DNA of 64,000 nt from an uncultured Holophagales bacterium (GTDB lineage Bacteria > Acidobacteriota > Thermoanaerobaculia > Multivoradales > UBA5704): positions 384,001-448,000 of the forward strand of contig CAWJGT010000001.1 of NCBI GenBank assembly GCA_963842525.1. The letters are read 5' to 3'. Within the stretch, counting starts at the first letter, position 1, and every line of letters begins with the position of its first letter. This document shows positions 20,792 through 32,737 of this stretch, one piece after another. The notes under the pieces are model-generated. The model searched no databases. It was not told the origin of the DNA and saw nothing but the letters and a program-made list of their open reading frames with translations. Made by a program: the position numbers and the translations under genes.

Positions 20792-22726
20792 ATGCCAGGC
20801 GATTCGGTCAATGAGTCGGTCGATGTCCTTGTCTACCTGAACCGGGGTGGCCTTCGGGAGGATGCCGGGCCCGCGGCCGAGGAGCGGAAACGCTGGAAAT
20901 TCGAGTTCTCCTATACCGCCCTGCAGAGCCGGCATATCGGCAATGTCATCTTCTGCTTCGACCCCGGCAATCCCCGAGCCATGATCCGGGCGAACCGGGA
21001 TCTGCGGAAGGCCGTGATTTGTGTCCAGTCGTCCGGCTTCGAGCTCAGCCCGCAGTGGTTCCAGACCGAGCTTCAATCCGCGCTCCGGGCGAAGCCGGGG
21101 CACCTCTTCGAGCCCGAGGAGGCCGAGGGGAAGGCGCTCTTTGAAGCCACCAAGGCGTTCCTCCATTTCGCCGGCGGCCAGATCGCGAACATGAACCTGT
21201 CGTCGATGGAGAAGAAGAGCCGGTTTGGGCCGCGCATGCACAACGGCCACACCGAAGGGCAACTCAAGCTCGATCTCAGCCGCAACGGAAATCTGTCCCC
21301 AACGGACCACCTCGCATTGCTGCGGTTGTGGTGGCTCACACTGGACTGCTTTCATCGAGGGATCGAGGGTGCGCTGCGTCGACAGGTGCTACCGGATGAT
21401 CCGGAGAGCCGGGCGATCCGGGCCACCGTCCTGAAGCTGAGGGCCCACCTCGGCGCGAGCCTGCTGGATTTCCAGGTCTTCGATGACCCCAACCTCCTCG
21501 CCACTCTCCATGAATCGATGCTGGAATGGATCGATTTCAATCTGGGGAACCGCACCCGTGACGACGATATCGATTTCCTGGACAGCCGGCACGAGGAGTT
21601 GGGCGACCTGCTGTTCGAGGTCAAACGGGCGTCTCCACACCTGCTTTCGCCTTTTCGGGGATTGCAGAGCAACGGGGCACCGCCAGCGGTCGGCGATTGG
21701 CGAGAGTCCCGGCATATCGTAGTGCGCGAAGCCGTGCTGTCGGCCCAACGGCTGCCGGACGAACGGCGGTCCCGGGACATCATCGATCGTTATGCGGATT
21801 GTCTCCATCGGACCGGGGATCTGTTCTCGAAGCGGTATGACATCCGTGAGCTCGTGGCGATCAGCAATGCATGGCCGGAGATCCGGAAATCGCCAGCGCG
21901 ACGCCTGCCGCTACGCGAAAGGGCCACGGCATTCCTCAAGGGCACCTGGAGACATCTCCCGTGGCCCTATCCAGCCTTTCTCCTCCTGGGCTTGTTCGGC
22001 TGGCTTCTGTTTGCTTGGAATACATCTGGAACAACCATCCTCAGGCCTTTTACAGAGACTGCCTTTTCGATCGTATTCTCCGCCCAGTACTCGATTGTCT
22101 ATGCTATCCTGGCGTACTTCATCCTGTTCGCACCACTGGCAAGGAAGCTGCGTCTGTTTGCTCAGGCCATGCCGAAGATTCTTGGCAGCCTGATCGTCGG
22201 CTACGTTCCCCTCTGGCTTCCTCAGGAGACATGGACCTTTCCTTTCTACATGAGCTGGGAGGCCGTTCTCGTCTGCACGTTCGTCCTCCTCATCATTTCG
22301 TATCTCTACTTCGCGGTCGAGGTCTCAGGAAAGGTCAAGATGCGAGGAGAGGCCCTCCAGAAGGCAACGGCGGTCTTCCTCATTGCCGCCGCCCAGGCCT
22401 ATTGCATCGGGTTGCTGATCACCGATTTCTCGGCCCGGTATTTCACAGAGGCCTTGCCGGCCTCTCTCGTTGGAGATACGGGTGTTGGACGGAAAACATT
22501 TTCCAACTTGTATGTGATGCTCGACAGCCTGGGGCAAAGTTTTTATATCACGAATCCGCTCTCTCTGTTCGGCCACTTGATCCCGGGCGTCGATCTGTCG
22601 GGCTTCACGAGCCACGAGTTCTGGCTGCTTCCGAAGCTCCAGGTCTTTTGGTTCGGATTGGCGATGTTTATTGCCGTCTTCCTGCACATGCTGTGGGAAA
22701 AAGACGGGATCCTGGAGCGGCTCTGA
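20792..22726 (+). CDS. Uncharacterised protein: large soluble N-terminal region plus about six C-terminal TM helices
   Basis: ATG 20792 after GGGGAG; hydrophobic segments from WPYPAFLLLG to FLHMLWEK. Confidence 0.8.
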   Translation: MPGDSVNESVDVLVYLNRGGLREDAGPAAEERKRWKFEFSYTALQSRHIGNVIFCFDPGNPRAMIRANRDLRKAVICVQSSGFELSPQWFQTELQSALRAKPGHLFEPEEAEGKALFEATKAFLHFAGGQIANMNLSSMEKKSRFGPRMHNGHTEGQLKLDLSRNGNLSPTDHLALLRLWWLTLDCFHRGIEGALRRQVLPDDPESRAIRATVLKLRAHLGASLLDFQVFDDPNLLATLHESMLEWIDFNLGNRTRDDDIDFLDSRHEELGDLLFEVKRASPHLLSPFRGLQSNGAPPAVGDWRESRHIVVREAVLSAQRLPDERRSRDIIDRYADCLHRTGDLFSKRYDIRELVAISNAWPEIRKSPARRLPLRERATAFLKGTWRHLPWPYPAFLLLGLFGWLLFAWNTSGTTILRPFTETAFSIVFSAQYSIVYAILAYFILFAPLARKLRLFAQAMPKILGSLIVGYVPLWLPQETWTFPFYMSWEAVLVCTFVLLIISYLYFAVEVSGKVKMRGEALQKATAVFLIAAAQAYCIGLLITDFSARYFTEALPASLVGDTGVGRKTFSNLYVMLDSLGQSFYITNPLSLFGHLIPGVDLSGFTSHEFWLLPKLQVFWFGLAMFIAVFLHMLWEKDGILERL

Positions 22727-22742
22727 GGAGGCGAAGACGACC

Positions 22743-25700
22743 ATGCGACGGCCGGCAATCCTGAAGATGTTCTCCGGGCGCAAGGAGCGCTCCGAAGAGT
22801 CGGAGCTGCGGACTTACCTCGAAACCTATCGCTCCTTGCTGACCACGCAGCTCGACGTTCGCCGGTTCGCTGAGGAGGTCGAGGAGCTGAGGGACCGGAA
22901 CGATCAGCGCGTGCGGGCGTCCAAGAGGAACGAGCTCGCCTACATCTACCTCTATTTCTCTCGGCTGGTGCGCGGAGAGGTTGCGGGCGGGGCGGAAATC
23001 GAAGGGATCGACCGGATCTTCTTTTTACCCCTGGATCCGAACGAGCGCATCGCCTTTGTGTCCCACCGCAAAATGGACGAGGAGGAGCCTGCCGCCGAAA
23101 GAGACCAGACGGTGTTCGAGTTCTTCCAGTTGCCCGCGAAAGACCGCGGGTGGGGCGGCGCAGGTTCGGCCGGAAGTGACGTCGACGCCACCAGCCTGGA
23201 CCTCGATGGGGTTGACAGGGATTTTTCAGGGCTTCTGGCGGTGATCGAGAAGGAAGTCGGACGGCCGAGCGGGAGCCTGCTGATCATACGGCAGACGGTC
23301 CCCGATACGCCGGCCTGTCTTCTCGTGATCACTTCGCTGCGGGGTGGAAGCGGAGCTGAAAAGAGCTTCGGTGAGGACGATGAGAAGGACCTTTCGGCCT
23401 TGACCCGTATGTTCTTTCAGACATACCGCTCGGTCCGGCTGGCGAGCTTCACGGAGGCCTATCGGGAGCTCGTCAACGACAACCTGATCCTGCCGACGCA
23501 GTGGAGCGAAATCGAGGCCACGAAGGAGGAGAACCGGATCGATGCTCCGGAGGGCATGTCGATCCGTTCGTTCGCACCATTCCTCTGTTTCTTCTGCGAC
23601 TCGCTGTCGCGCGCCGACGTCCTCCCCGAGATGGACAACGCGTTCTTTTTCCCGCTCAACAGCCAAGTGTACTACCTGTATCACAACGTCGCCCCGGCGA
23701 TGCGTCCCAAGCTGAACGCAAGGCTCCAGGTCGGCCACCTGAAGATCGAGGACGAAGAACGCCGGGAGGTTTTCCAGAGCATCCGCAGCCACCTGGCGGA
23801 CACGAGGCCTCCAGCGCAGGAGGGGACGCGGGAGGATCGGTGTCGGGGGATGTACGCGGATACGCTCGAGCTCCTGTACACGGCCGCCTCGCCGGACGCC
23901 GGCACCAGGAAGCTTCAGGGAAGCCTGACAAGCGTCGAGAAGAGGATCAAGAGCTATCTGACGGCGCTCAAACAGCAGGATGAGCACAGGGCCTCGCCGC
24001 TCTTCACCGCCATCGAAGTGGCTCTCTTCGGAACGGTCCACTGGGATGAGTGGGGCCTGGACAAGATGGACGAGCGTTTCCTCACTTATCAGGAGGCCGC
24101 ATCCGTGCCGGCCGACCAGGGGGTCGCGTCCGTGCCGGCCGACGAGAGCGGGTCGTTCGGACGCACGGGCAGCCTTCTCGCCATCACCATTCTGGTTGAT
24201 CACCTGCCCCTGGGCATCCTGTTCATCAATTCGTTCTTGTCCGGAGCCTTTGGAGAAGAGGACCAGCGTGACATCCAGGCGATCAGCCGGGGTTATTTCC
24301 AGACCTTTCAGACACGTATGCTGGCGGACATCGTCAACGAGTATCAGAAGCTCGGATCGAGCCTTTCGGTCTCCGCCCTGAAGCGGGACAAGAGCCTGAT
24401 CCCCGAGGACGTCCGTGAGCCTCTCGCGCTCTACTTCGAGCGTATGTTCCAGGGATTTGAAGACCTCGAGGTCGGCGCCTTCCTCGCGGTGGACCGCGAC
24501 AGGCTCTCTGTCTATCAAAAGTCTGCCCGTGGTGGCGTGGCGGGCAGGCGCGTCGAGCTGCGCAGCGAGCCGAGAGGCTCAATACCGGCGGACAGGGCAC
24601 CTTGGGAGAGGTGCTCGCCAGGGAGATCCGAAGTGCCCCCACGGACGGGACGAACCGGCCCATGGGATGGTTTTACCGCTGGGCTCTCCTCCGCTCCCTC
24701 GCGCCGGAGCATGAGGTGCTCGCGGCGTATCCTCTGAACGACATCCCGGTCCGGCTCTTCGGGGCGGAGGAGTACGTGCAGAGCAGCAGCGAGCCGAAGC
24801 TGCGCTCGGTGCTTGTATCTGCATGTTTCGAGGCCAGCATCCTCGACGAGGACTTCCCCTTCCTGCGGCAACTGCTGCGCCAGGTCACAGGCGCCGATCT
24901 CCTGCGCTCCCATACGGGCTCCGTCATCGCTCTGGCGCTCTTCTACGATGCCCTGCCGGCAGGGTTGATCCTTCTCTGCTCCTCCAGTTTTCCTTGCCTT
25001 CACGACCCGGATCGAGGAACGCGACGCCTCCATGGCCACGCGTGCCTTCTTCCTGCCGCTGCAGATGGAAGCACGGGAAGAGGTGATTCATGCCTATCAG
25101 AACATCCTCGGCGAAGGGAGCGGGCAGCATCAGGAGTTCTTCGATCTGGTCCGGGACTTCCTCATCGCAATGGCAGAGTCCCTGCCCACGATGCAGGCCG
25201 GCCTCTTCTTCTCCCTGGACCGCGACGTCCTCGTCTCGGTGACCGTCGGTCCGGACAGGGTACCTGTTCCCGAACGGTGGACCGGCCGCGCGCTTCAGGA
25301 TTTCGGACAGGCGTCGGACCTTCTCGAGGATGAGTTGGAAGGCAAGATCGAGAAGATCGAAAGCAGGGCTCGCGGCCTGGAAGCTCCTGCGGAAAAGGGC
25401 GATCCGAAGGCACAATCCGAGCTCCGGGATGCCGATGTCCTGCACCTCTATCTGCGAGGGGTCCTTGACCTCTTCCAGGGGAGTCGAAAACCCAAGGACT
25501 ACGATCTGGGTCGCCTGGTCGAAAGGATTTTCGATCGGCCCCTGCCTGCGGAGCTGAAAGACGCGCAACGGTCGGACATCAACATCGGCCTGCGTTCCCA
25601 CATCCACGTCCGGGCCTGGTCGAAGTGCCGGTTCCGCGAGACCTTTTCCTATCTCCATCGGGTCTTCGCGTTGGAGGAGAGAGATCCGATGGCGCGCCGG

Positions 25701-27990
25701 GCCACGGAGATCTACGAGCAGCACTGGAAGGGCGGCGGCGCGCTCCTCGCGGTCCTGGTGCTCCAGGAAGGGTTGCCGATGGGCATTGCTCTCCTGGCTT
25801 CGCCGATCGAGGGCTCCTTCACGGAGCATGAGCGAATCGACGTCGACCGGAGCGCGCGGGCGTTCTTCTCGGAAGGCCAAGTCCACCTGCGCGACGAGAT
25901 CATCCTGGCCTACCGCAACATCGTCCGCGGAATGCTCTCCGAGGCGGGAGCCCAGGAGCACATCGAGAGGTTGAAGGACAGAAACGAGAAGCTTCGTGCT
26001 GCCCTGGAAGATGAGCTCGCGGGTTATCTGGCCGTTTTCATGGATGTGATGTTCAAGGCGTTTCGCGCCGATCCGCCATCGACGATCCTGTTCCTGCCGT
26101 TCACGGACCAGACGCTCTATGTCGGGCAAACAGGGGAAGAGTCCGCGTCCTGGCTGAACCGGCTGGAGAAGACGGGCATCGAGGGGATCGGGCAGGATCT
26201 GCCGGCAGGGACGGCATGGAGCGGTTTCATCGGCGATTGGCTGTATGATCTCTACAAGGACATCCAGGCGCAGAAACCCGGGCTGCCTTCCGAGCCTCCC
26301 AACAGCCCGTCGGAAATCCTTTCTGTGCTGCGTGCGGACACGGACACCGCGCTCGCCACCTTCATCTTCAGCGGGCAGAGATATGACGATCCTCTCCAGG
26401 AAGTGCACCGCCATGCCTACCTGGCTCCCTTCCAGAAAGTCCTGGTCGGCGAAGCTCCCGAACGGGAGGCCGCTTCCCTGCTGGTGACAGCCCTTCTCTA
26501 CGACAACCTGCCCGCAGCCGGCCTCCTCATCATCCATTCGCCGGTTCCCTGGCGCTTCCGGAGCAGGACCGGTTGGACGTCGAATCCGTATCCCGGGCCT
26601 TCTTCCTCACCTATCGCTCCGTCCGCCTGCGGCGCGAAGCCACCCGTGCCGCCCGGCTTAAGGGCATGCAGGACATGCTGCTTGGAGTGACGCACCGTTT
26701 GAAGAACGATCTCGAGCCCACTCTGGGTGTGATCGACTCGCTCCGCAAGATCGTCAATCTGGATTCGAGACAGATCCCGGGCGAGGTCCGGGAGCACGAG
26801 CGATTCGGGCTGCTCGAGGCGGGCGAGCTCGGCATCGCCCAGGTGAAGAAACGTTTCGAGCTCCTCCGTTCGGTCATCTCGGACTCGTCTCACGTCCGCA
26901 GGGCACGTCCGCTTCGCCATCTCGCAGAGCAGTTCGAGAAGCATGTCGGGGATTACAAAAGGCGTGTCCCCTTGCGCCAGGCGAGGTACAGGACCGAAAA
27001 GGTCCGGCTGTCTCTGAACGATGCGACGCCCGAGCCTTTGAGCCCGCTCGGGCTCTCTGCCGACCGCATCATCACGGATCTGGAAGAGACCTGGATCGAT
27101 GTGTCGGATGGCCTGGACGAGGTGCTGGCTATCTATGCCGAAAACGCTGTCAAGGCTGTCGCGGGACCCCTCCAGCGAGACAGACACGATCCATCTCTGG
27201 TGCCTGCGCAATCCGGAGAGCCCAGACCGGATCGATCTCCTCTTTTATGACCGGGTGCTCATACCCCAGGAGAAGATCAGATACATCCGCAACAAAGAAG
27301 TGATCCCCATGGAAGTCGGAGGCGGGAGTGGAACCGGGCTCTACAATGCGGGGAACCTCCTGAAGCTGAACGGAGACGGCGAGCAGAAGGTCGACTCGAG
27401 CGAGCAGATCCGCGGCACCGCCCTTTGGCTGACGGTTCGAACGGCTTCGGGTCGAGTCCGTGGAAGTCAGCTCGGACGAGCTCGTCGAGAACATCGAACG
27501 CTGGCGCGAAGCGGTCCAGCGCGTCGCTGGCGGAGACTCCATCGAATGGAGCCCACCGGAGCGGCTCGCACCCGCCCGGCAGGTGACGCTCTACGACGGC
27601 AGCTACATCTGGCGCGAAGAGCTGATGCCTATCCTGCTCCAGATCTTTTTGCAGAGGCACCAGAACCTGCGGCAGAAGAAAAAAGAACCCGCTCTCTATC
27701 AAGTTTCGATCCGGATCTTGCCGGCGGACGATGGAGGAGTTGTTGTCGAGCTCCACGACAACACCCGCTCAGGTTTCACCAGGGACTATGCTCCGGAGGA
27801 GCATCAGAAAGATCAGTTTGAACGCAACCACAATGCTCCCAGCAGGATGGGTCCGTCGGGTGCTGTGGGAAGCTGGTTCGTGGCGATGCAGGACCGTTTG
27901 TCCCGGCATCTCGGGGTCGATCTATCCTTCGGAAAGACCGCGGACCGGTATACATCGATTACCCTGAGAGTGCCGCCTGCGCCGCACTAA
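22743..27990 (+). CDS. Giant sensor histidine kinase (~1750 aa, several frameshifts): five GAF-like repeats, HisKA, HATPase and a second degenerate HATPase-like domain
   Basis: Joined ORFs 22671-24737, 24602-25333, 25032-26690, 26573-27250, 27099-27821, 27460-27990; H-box THRLKNDL, N-box AENAVKA, G-box GSGTGLY; the last domain may be a separate gene from 27460. Confidence 0.7.
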
Positions 27991-28012
27991 GTCGACCGGA
28001 AAGGAGAGTGCT

Positions 28013-28396
28013 GTGCGAGTACTGATCGTCGAGGATGGGAACGACGTAGCCCTGCGGTACAAAAGGGAGCTTGCGAGGCATGGATTCGAGTCCCAGGTGG
28101 CCGGGGATGTAGCGACTGCCAAGAGGCTGGTTGAGGAACTAACGTTCGACGCCGCTCTGGTCGATATGGGGCTTCCCCGCGATATCGCATCTCTCGATCC
28201 TGAGGAGACCCGGGACAATCCCGAGAACGGTCTCCGCTTGTTGGATTGGCTCTACGAGGAGATGGGGATTCCGGTCTTCGCCCTGACGGGAACTCTTGAT
28301 CCGGAAAAGATGAGGTATATTGAATGCCCCCTGATCCCGAAGCCGGTCAATGATTTCGAGAAAGAGGTCATTGCTCTTCTGAGGAGGCTGCAATGA
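28013..28396 (+). CDS. Single-domain response regulator
   Basis: VLIVED, AALVDMGLP, VFALTG, IPKP. Confidence 0.88.
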   Translation: MRVLIVEDGNDVALRYKRELARHGFESQVAGDVATAKRLVEELTFDAALVDMGLPRDIASLDPEETRDNPENGLRLLDWLYEEMGIPVFALTGTLDPEKMRYIECPLIPKPVNDFEKEVIALLRRLQ

Positions 28397-28414
28397 GCCG
28401 CCAGGGAGCAACCC

Positions 28415-29323
28415 ATGGATGGAGTCGTCATGACCGCGAGCCCTGACGAGCGCAAGCGCGCGGCGTTGCAACGTATCCGAGGAGAAGGCATGGACGAAGT
28501 ACGCGAGCACGCGTTCTTTATTGGAGAGGCCGCATCTGGCCTCGCGGAAGCGTACAGAGGCCGTCGCTACGCGGTCCAGACAGCTCCTGGCCTCATGGAG
28601 GGGCGCCAGCTCCTTTCCGAAACATTCCCGGCACAGGGGAAGTCGCCGAAAGTTCTCCTCGTCGTCGCCGTCGACTCTGGGCATGCAGGGAGTCTCGATC
28701 CACTGCGGCGTCTTGTCGAGCCGCTCGACCGGCTCCTGGGAGCCGACCCCCGGATGGTGTTGCTCGGTGAAGCGCGTCTCGGCGATTTCAGCTCGGTCCG
28801 CAGTCTACTGTGGTCCCATGTCGTGGACTGGTTCTCGGCGGATTTGGAGGAGGCGACGGCGCTACGGCGCCTGGACCGTGCGTGGCGGAGGAATAGCTTC
28901 CGGCACCGGCTGCTTGGCCTCGGGCTCGTGTCGGGGGCACCGGTGCACGTGGTGACGCATCACAAGACGCGGTTGCAGATGGCGAAGGACATGAGGCTGG
29001 ATCAGCTTTCGAAGGAACCGCTCTTCCGCTCCGCCGTCAAGGGGACCACAAACGGCCCTTCCTGGGACTCTTTCGCCGAAGATCTGTACTGGGAGCTCTG
29101 GGCATCCATTCAGGACAGCCCTGAGGAATGGGCGGAGTCCTTCGATCTGGGACAAGCGCGGCTCGAGGCTCTGAAAGCGTCAGGGCTGGGCAGTCAGGAA
29201 AGCCGGCTGTTGCTCCTTCGCTTCTGGTGTGCGCTCCTTGCGGAGCGGATGGAAGGGGTCATCGACATGACCCGCAAGGATCTGAGGGGAGCTCGAAGAG
29301 TATGTCGAGGCTCTCGAGTGTGA
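28415..29323 (+). CDS. Hypothetical protein, possible pseudo-receiver N-terminus
   Basis: 302-aa ORF inside the operon with alternating beta/alpha pattern but no canonical DD/D/K residues. Confidence 0.6.
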   Translation: MDGVVMTASPDERKRAALQRIRGEGMDEVREHAFFIGEAASGLAEAYRGRRYAVQTAPGLMEGRQLLSETFPAQGKSPKVLLVVAVDSGHAGSLDPLRRLVEPLDRLLGADPRMVLLGEARLGDFSSVRSLLWSHVVDWFSADLEEATALRRLDRAWRRNSFRHRLLGLGLVSGAPVHVVTHHKTRLQMAKDMRLDQLSKEPLFRSAVKGTTNGPSWDSFAEDLYWELWASIQDSPEEWAESFDLGQARLEALKASGLGSQESRLLLLRFWCALLAERMEGVIDMTRKDLRGARRVCRGSRV

Positions 29324-29346
29324 TTTTCTGCAGGAAGGGGAGGACA

Positions 29347-31022
29347 ATGAGTGACCCGCATGAGTACGAAGTGACCCCAGGGCTTCCGGAAGGCAAGCTC
29401 GTCCTGGTGATCGATGATGACAAAAACTTTCGGCAGCTCTGCATTGGCAAGCTCAGGAGGGCTCTGACGGAGCGCGCACCGGAAGAGAAGGATTTGAAGC
29501 TCCTCCCAGCGGGTTCTTTGGAGAAGTTCCAGGCCATTCTCAAGATGCTGGAGGCCGACAGCCGGAAAGGCGATCTCGTCTATGCGCTCGTCGACCTTAA
29601 GCTGCCGGCAACGGAACGGCGTGAGGAGCCGAATCAGGCGCCCGCGACCGAGAACGGCAGGGATGTCTGCCGGGCGCTGCGGGAGTGGAACGTTTTGCAT
29701 CTGCTGGTGTCCGGGGCCGGTCGTTCTGATATCGACGAGGTCGTCATCCCTGATCAGATGGACTTCCGGTCCAAGGACGACTTCAACGACCAGGAGACAG
29801 TCAAGGAGATTGCCGAGAGGGATCCTTTGCGCCAAACACAAGACACCGATCATCAGCCTGGATTACTGCGACGTCATCGCTTCTCCGGTCGAAGAACGGG
29901 GGCAGATGAGGCGCCTTCCCCTGGCCTTCAGGTCTTCGTCGATGCGAAGTCTGCGCAACCGCATCCTTGGCAGGGTGGCTCGCGAGGCGGCCTCGGTCCT
30001 GTTCCTCGGTGAGCCCGGTGTCGAATTCGAGCAACTGGCTTGGCTGCTCTTCCGGGAGATCACGCGGAACGGCACTGGACCAGAGCAGGCTCCCAGGTAC
30101 CAGTACCGCATGTTCAACTGCGAGGGTGGAGCATCTCCCATCGATCTGCTTAGGGAGAGTGAGAGACACCTCGATGACCCGCAGGGTCAGCGGCCGCCTA
30201 CATACTTCTTCATCAGAAACCTCCACGTTCTCGACAAGGCCAAGCTCGCGCAGTTTTGCGACGAGCTTGGGAGCTCCTCCAGAGTCCGTCTCGGCGGAGA
30301 CCGCGTTGTCCTGACCCTTTACAAGGGCAAGGGGGATGGAACAGAAAGGCTCCTCGACCTGTTCTGCCTGGCCGGTTTTGATGACTTCGTCCTCCTGGAT
30401 GTTCCTGGGCTTTCCGGGAAGCGGCGCGAGGACATTGAGGTCTATGCAGAATACTACCGGCGCCAACGTACGGATCAGCAGGACAAAACCGTCCGGTTTC
30501 ACCCCTTGGCGCTGAAGCTCATCAAGGACTTGGACTACAAGAGACACTTCAAGGACCTCTCCATCTTCCTGGATGGCCTTTTCCGGGCCGTGGGAGGAGG
30601 TATGATTACCGCGAAGGTCGTCCGCTCCGCTCTGCCAAGCCAGTTCGTGCAGACAGCGGTCCAGGAAATCCTGGACCATATCCTGACGACGGACGCCGAG
30701 GATGAGGAGGCGACCGCGTGGTCTCCAGGCCGTCTTCACGAGATCTGCTCGCAGACTCCTCGTACACCGCGGAGATCAGGAGTCCTCGATGGGCGAGGAC
30801 GAGGCACTGGATCAGTTCTACCAGGAGCTCGAGAGGATTGACGAGGCGCTCCAGCAGGCGAGCCGCCTGGGTACGGAAGGAAAAACGCTGATGGAGGAGC
30901 TCAAGAAACAGAGCCCTGGCTTCTGGCCGTGGAACCGGTACCCATTCTGTCCTCGCCTGATGAAGCATCTCCAACGGAACGGTCTCACGGTGGGCCTCGT
31001 CGAAGTCGAAGCCAAGCCGTGA
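29347..31022 (+). CDS. Receiver plus degenerate sigma54-activator AAA+ domain (frameshifted)
   Basis: VLVIDDD...ALVDLKLP; VLFLGEPGVEFEQLA in place of Walker A; MFNC; VPGL..RREDI; no GAFTGA loop. Confidence 0.7.
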
Positions 31023-32733
31023 AAGCGAATTCGCCCGCCAAGCCGCTGGTCCTCGTCGTGGACGACGATCCCGCCGTCCGTCTGGAGACCTTCTTCGATC
31101 CCGAGCGCTTCGAAGTGGTGCGCTGTTTCGATTGCGAGAGCGCGATCGACGAAATGATTCAGCGTCTGGAAGCTGGAGACGGGGAGGCGTGCTTCGCCTT
31201 CGTCGACATCGTGCTGCCGATCCATCGGGGCTCCAAGGAGATGGACCCCCGGGCCGGCCTCCTGCTCATGCAGGAGCTCAAGCAATTGCGGCCGGGCATC
31301 TTCCTCGTCCCGATTACAGGAAAAGGATGGGGGACGGAGGCCGCCTCGAAGCGTCGGGATCCTCGACGAGGCGAGGACGATCGGCATCTGGGAGTACATC
31401 TCGAAGCCCGTGACGCGGAACGAGGTGCTGGCGGTCGTCGAGAGGGCGATCCGGCAGCACGAGCCGGAAGACGGGGAGGGGAAGGATGCCCTCCTCAAGC
31501 GCTATGCCGTGAGCTTCGGCGGAGGAGAGGTCCGCTACATCGTCAGCGGCGACAAGGTCATGCAGGACGAGGTGATCGGACGGATCGCCATGGAGGGGCC
31601 GAGCGACACTCCCGTGCTGATCAATGGCGAGACCGGTACGGGCAAGGAGCTCGTGGCCCGGGCGATCCACCAGGCGAGCGGGAGGAGGCGCTTCCTCTCG
31701 GTCAACTGCGCCGCAATCCCGGATTCGTTGATCGAAAGCGAGCTCTTCGGGCACGAGAGGGGCGCCTTCTCGGGTGCTGACGGGCGGAGGACCGGGAAGT
31801 TCGAGCTCGCCGACGGCGGGACGATCTTCCTCGACGAGGTCGGCGATCTGAGCCCACCGGCTCAGGCGAAGCTGCTCAGGGTGCTGCAGGAGCAGGAGCT
31901 CGAACGTCTCGGAGGCACGGAGACGATCAAGGTCGACGCCCGCGTCGTGGCGGCGACCAACCAGGATCTGGAAAACATGATCCGGCAGGGACGTTTCCGC
32001 GAGGACCTGTACTACCGCCTCGAGGGAATTGTGATCCGCATTCCTCCCCTGCGCGAGCGCCGGGACGACATCCCGTTGATCGCGCGCTACTATCTCGAGC
32101 TCCTCAACGAGAGGCATTCGTGCGAATGCCGGTTGGCCGACGGCGCTCTCGCGAAGCTCTCCGGATACCACTGGCCGGGCAATGTGCGCGAAGCTCCAGA
32201 ACGCTGTGAGCTATGCATTTTCGAAATGTGGCCGCTCGATGATCTCGGCCGAAGACCTGCCCCCAAAGGTTGCCTCTCGCGATGGGCGGCAGGACCGGCG
32301 ATCCACTCTCTCCGATCTCGCGCGGGAGATCGTCACAGATCCTCTCCTCAGCCTGGGTGTGGCCAACATGCTGATCACCCAGGAGGTGTATCGACAGTGC
32401 AATGGGAGGTCGGAGGCCGCGTGCAAGGCGCTCGGAATCTCCCCCAACACGCTGAACAAGTACAGGCGCTCGATGGACGAGGTCTCGGAAGCATTGATCG
32501 CCGCCGGTTTCGACGAAGAGCGTGCGGCGAGGAGCTTGCCGGACTTCGGCTCCGCCTCCTTCCTGAGACGGCGGCTCCGCGCCTTCCTCTTCGGCCTGAG
32601 CGAATCTGCTCTCGTCCGGTACCAGGAGCAGAAGGGTTATTCCCGCCAGTGGCTCGACTATATGAAATGGGTCCAGAGTCTTCCGAGCGAAGACGCCGCC
32701 GCTCCTGGGAACGGCCGGGAGCCGGGAGCCTGA
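31019..32733 (+). CDS. NtrC-family sigma54-dependent response regulator (REC-AAA-HTH; frameshifts near 31355 and 32190)
   Basis: VLVVDDD; GETGTGKELVA; ESELFGHERGAFSGA; FLDEVG; FREDLYYRL; WPGNVRE; HTH AACKALGISPNTL. Confidence 0.9.
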
Positions 32734-32737
32734 GCAG

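Noticed and set aside
24099-24146. Short tandem duplication (ASVPADQGV ASVPADES) in the kinase
   Set aside because: In-frame local duplication in a probable loop; no evidence of function
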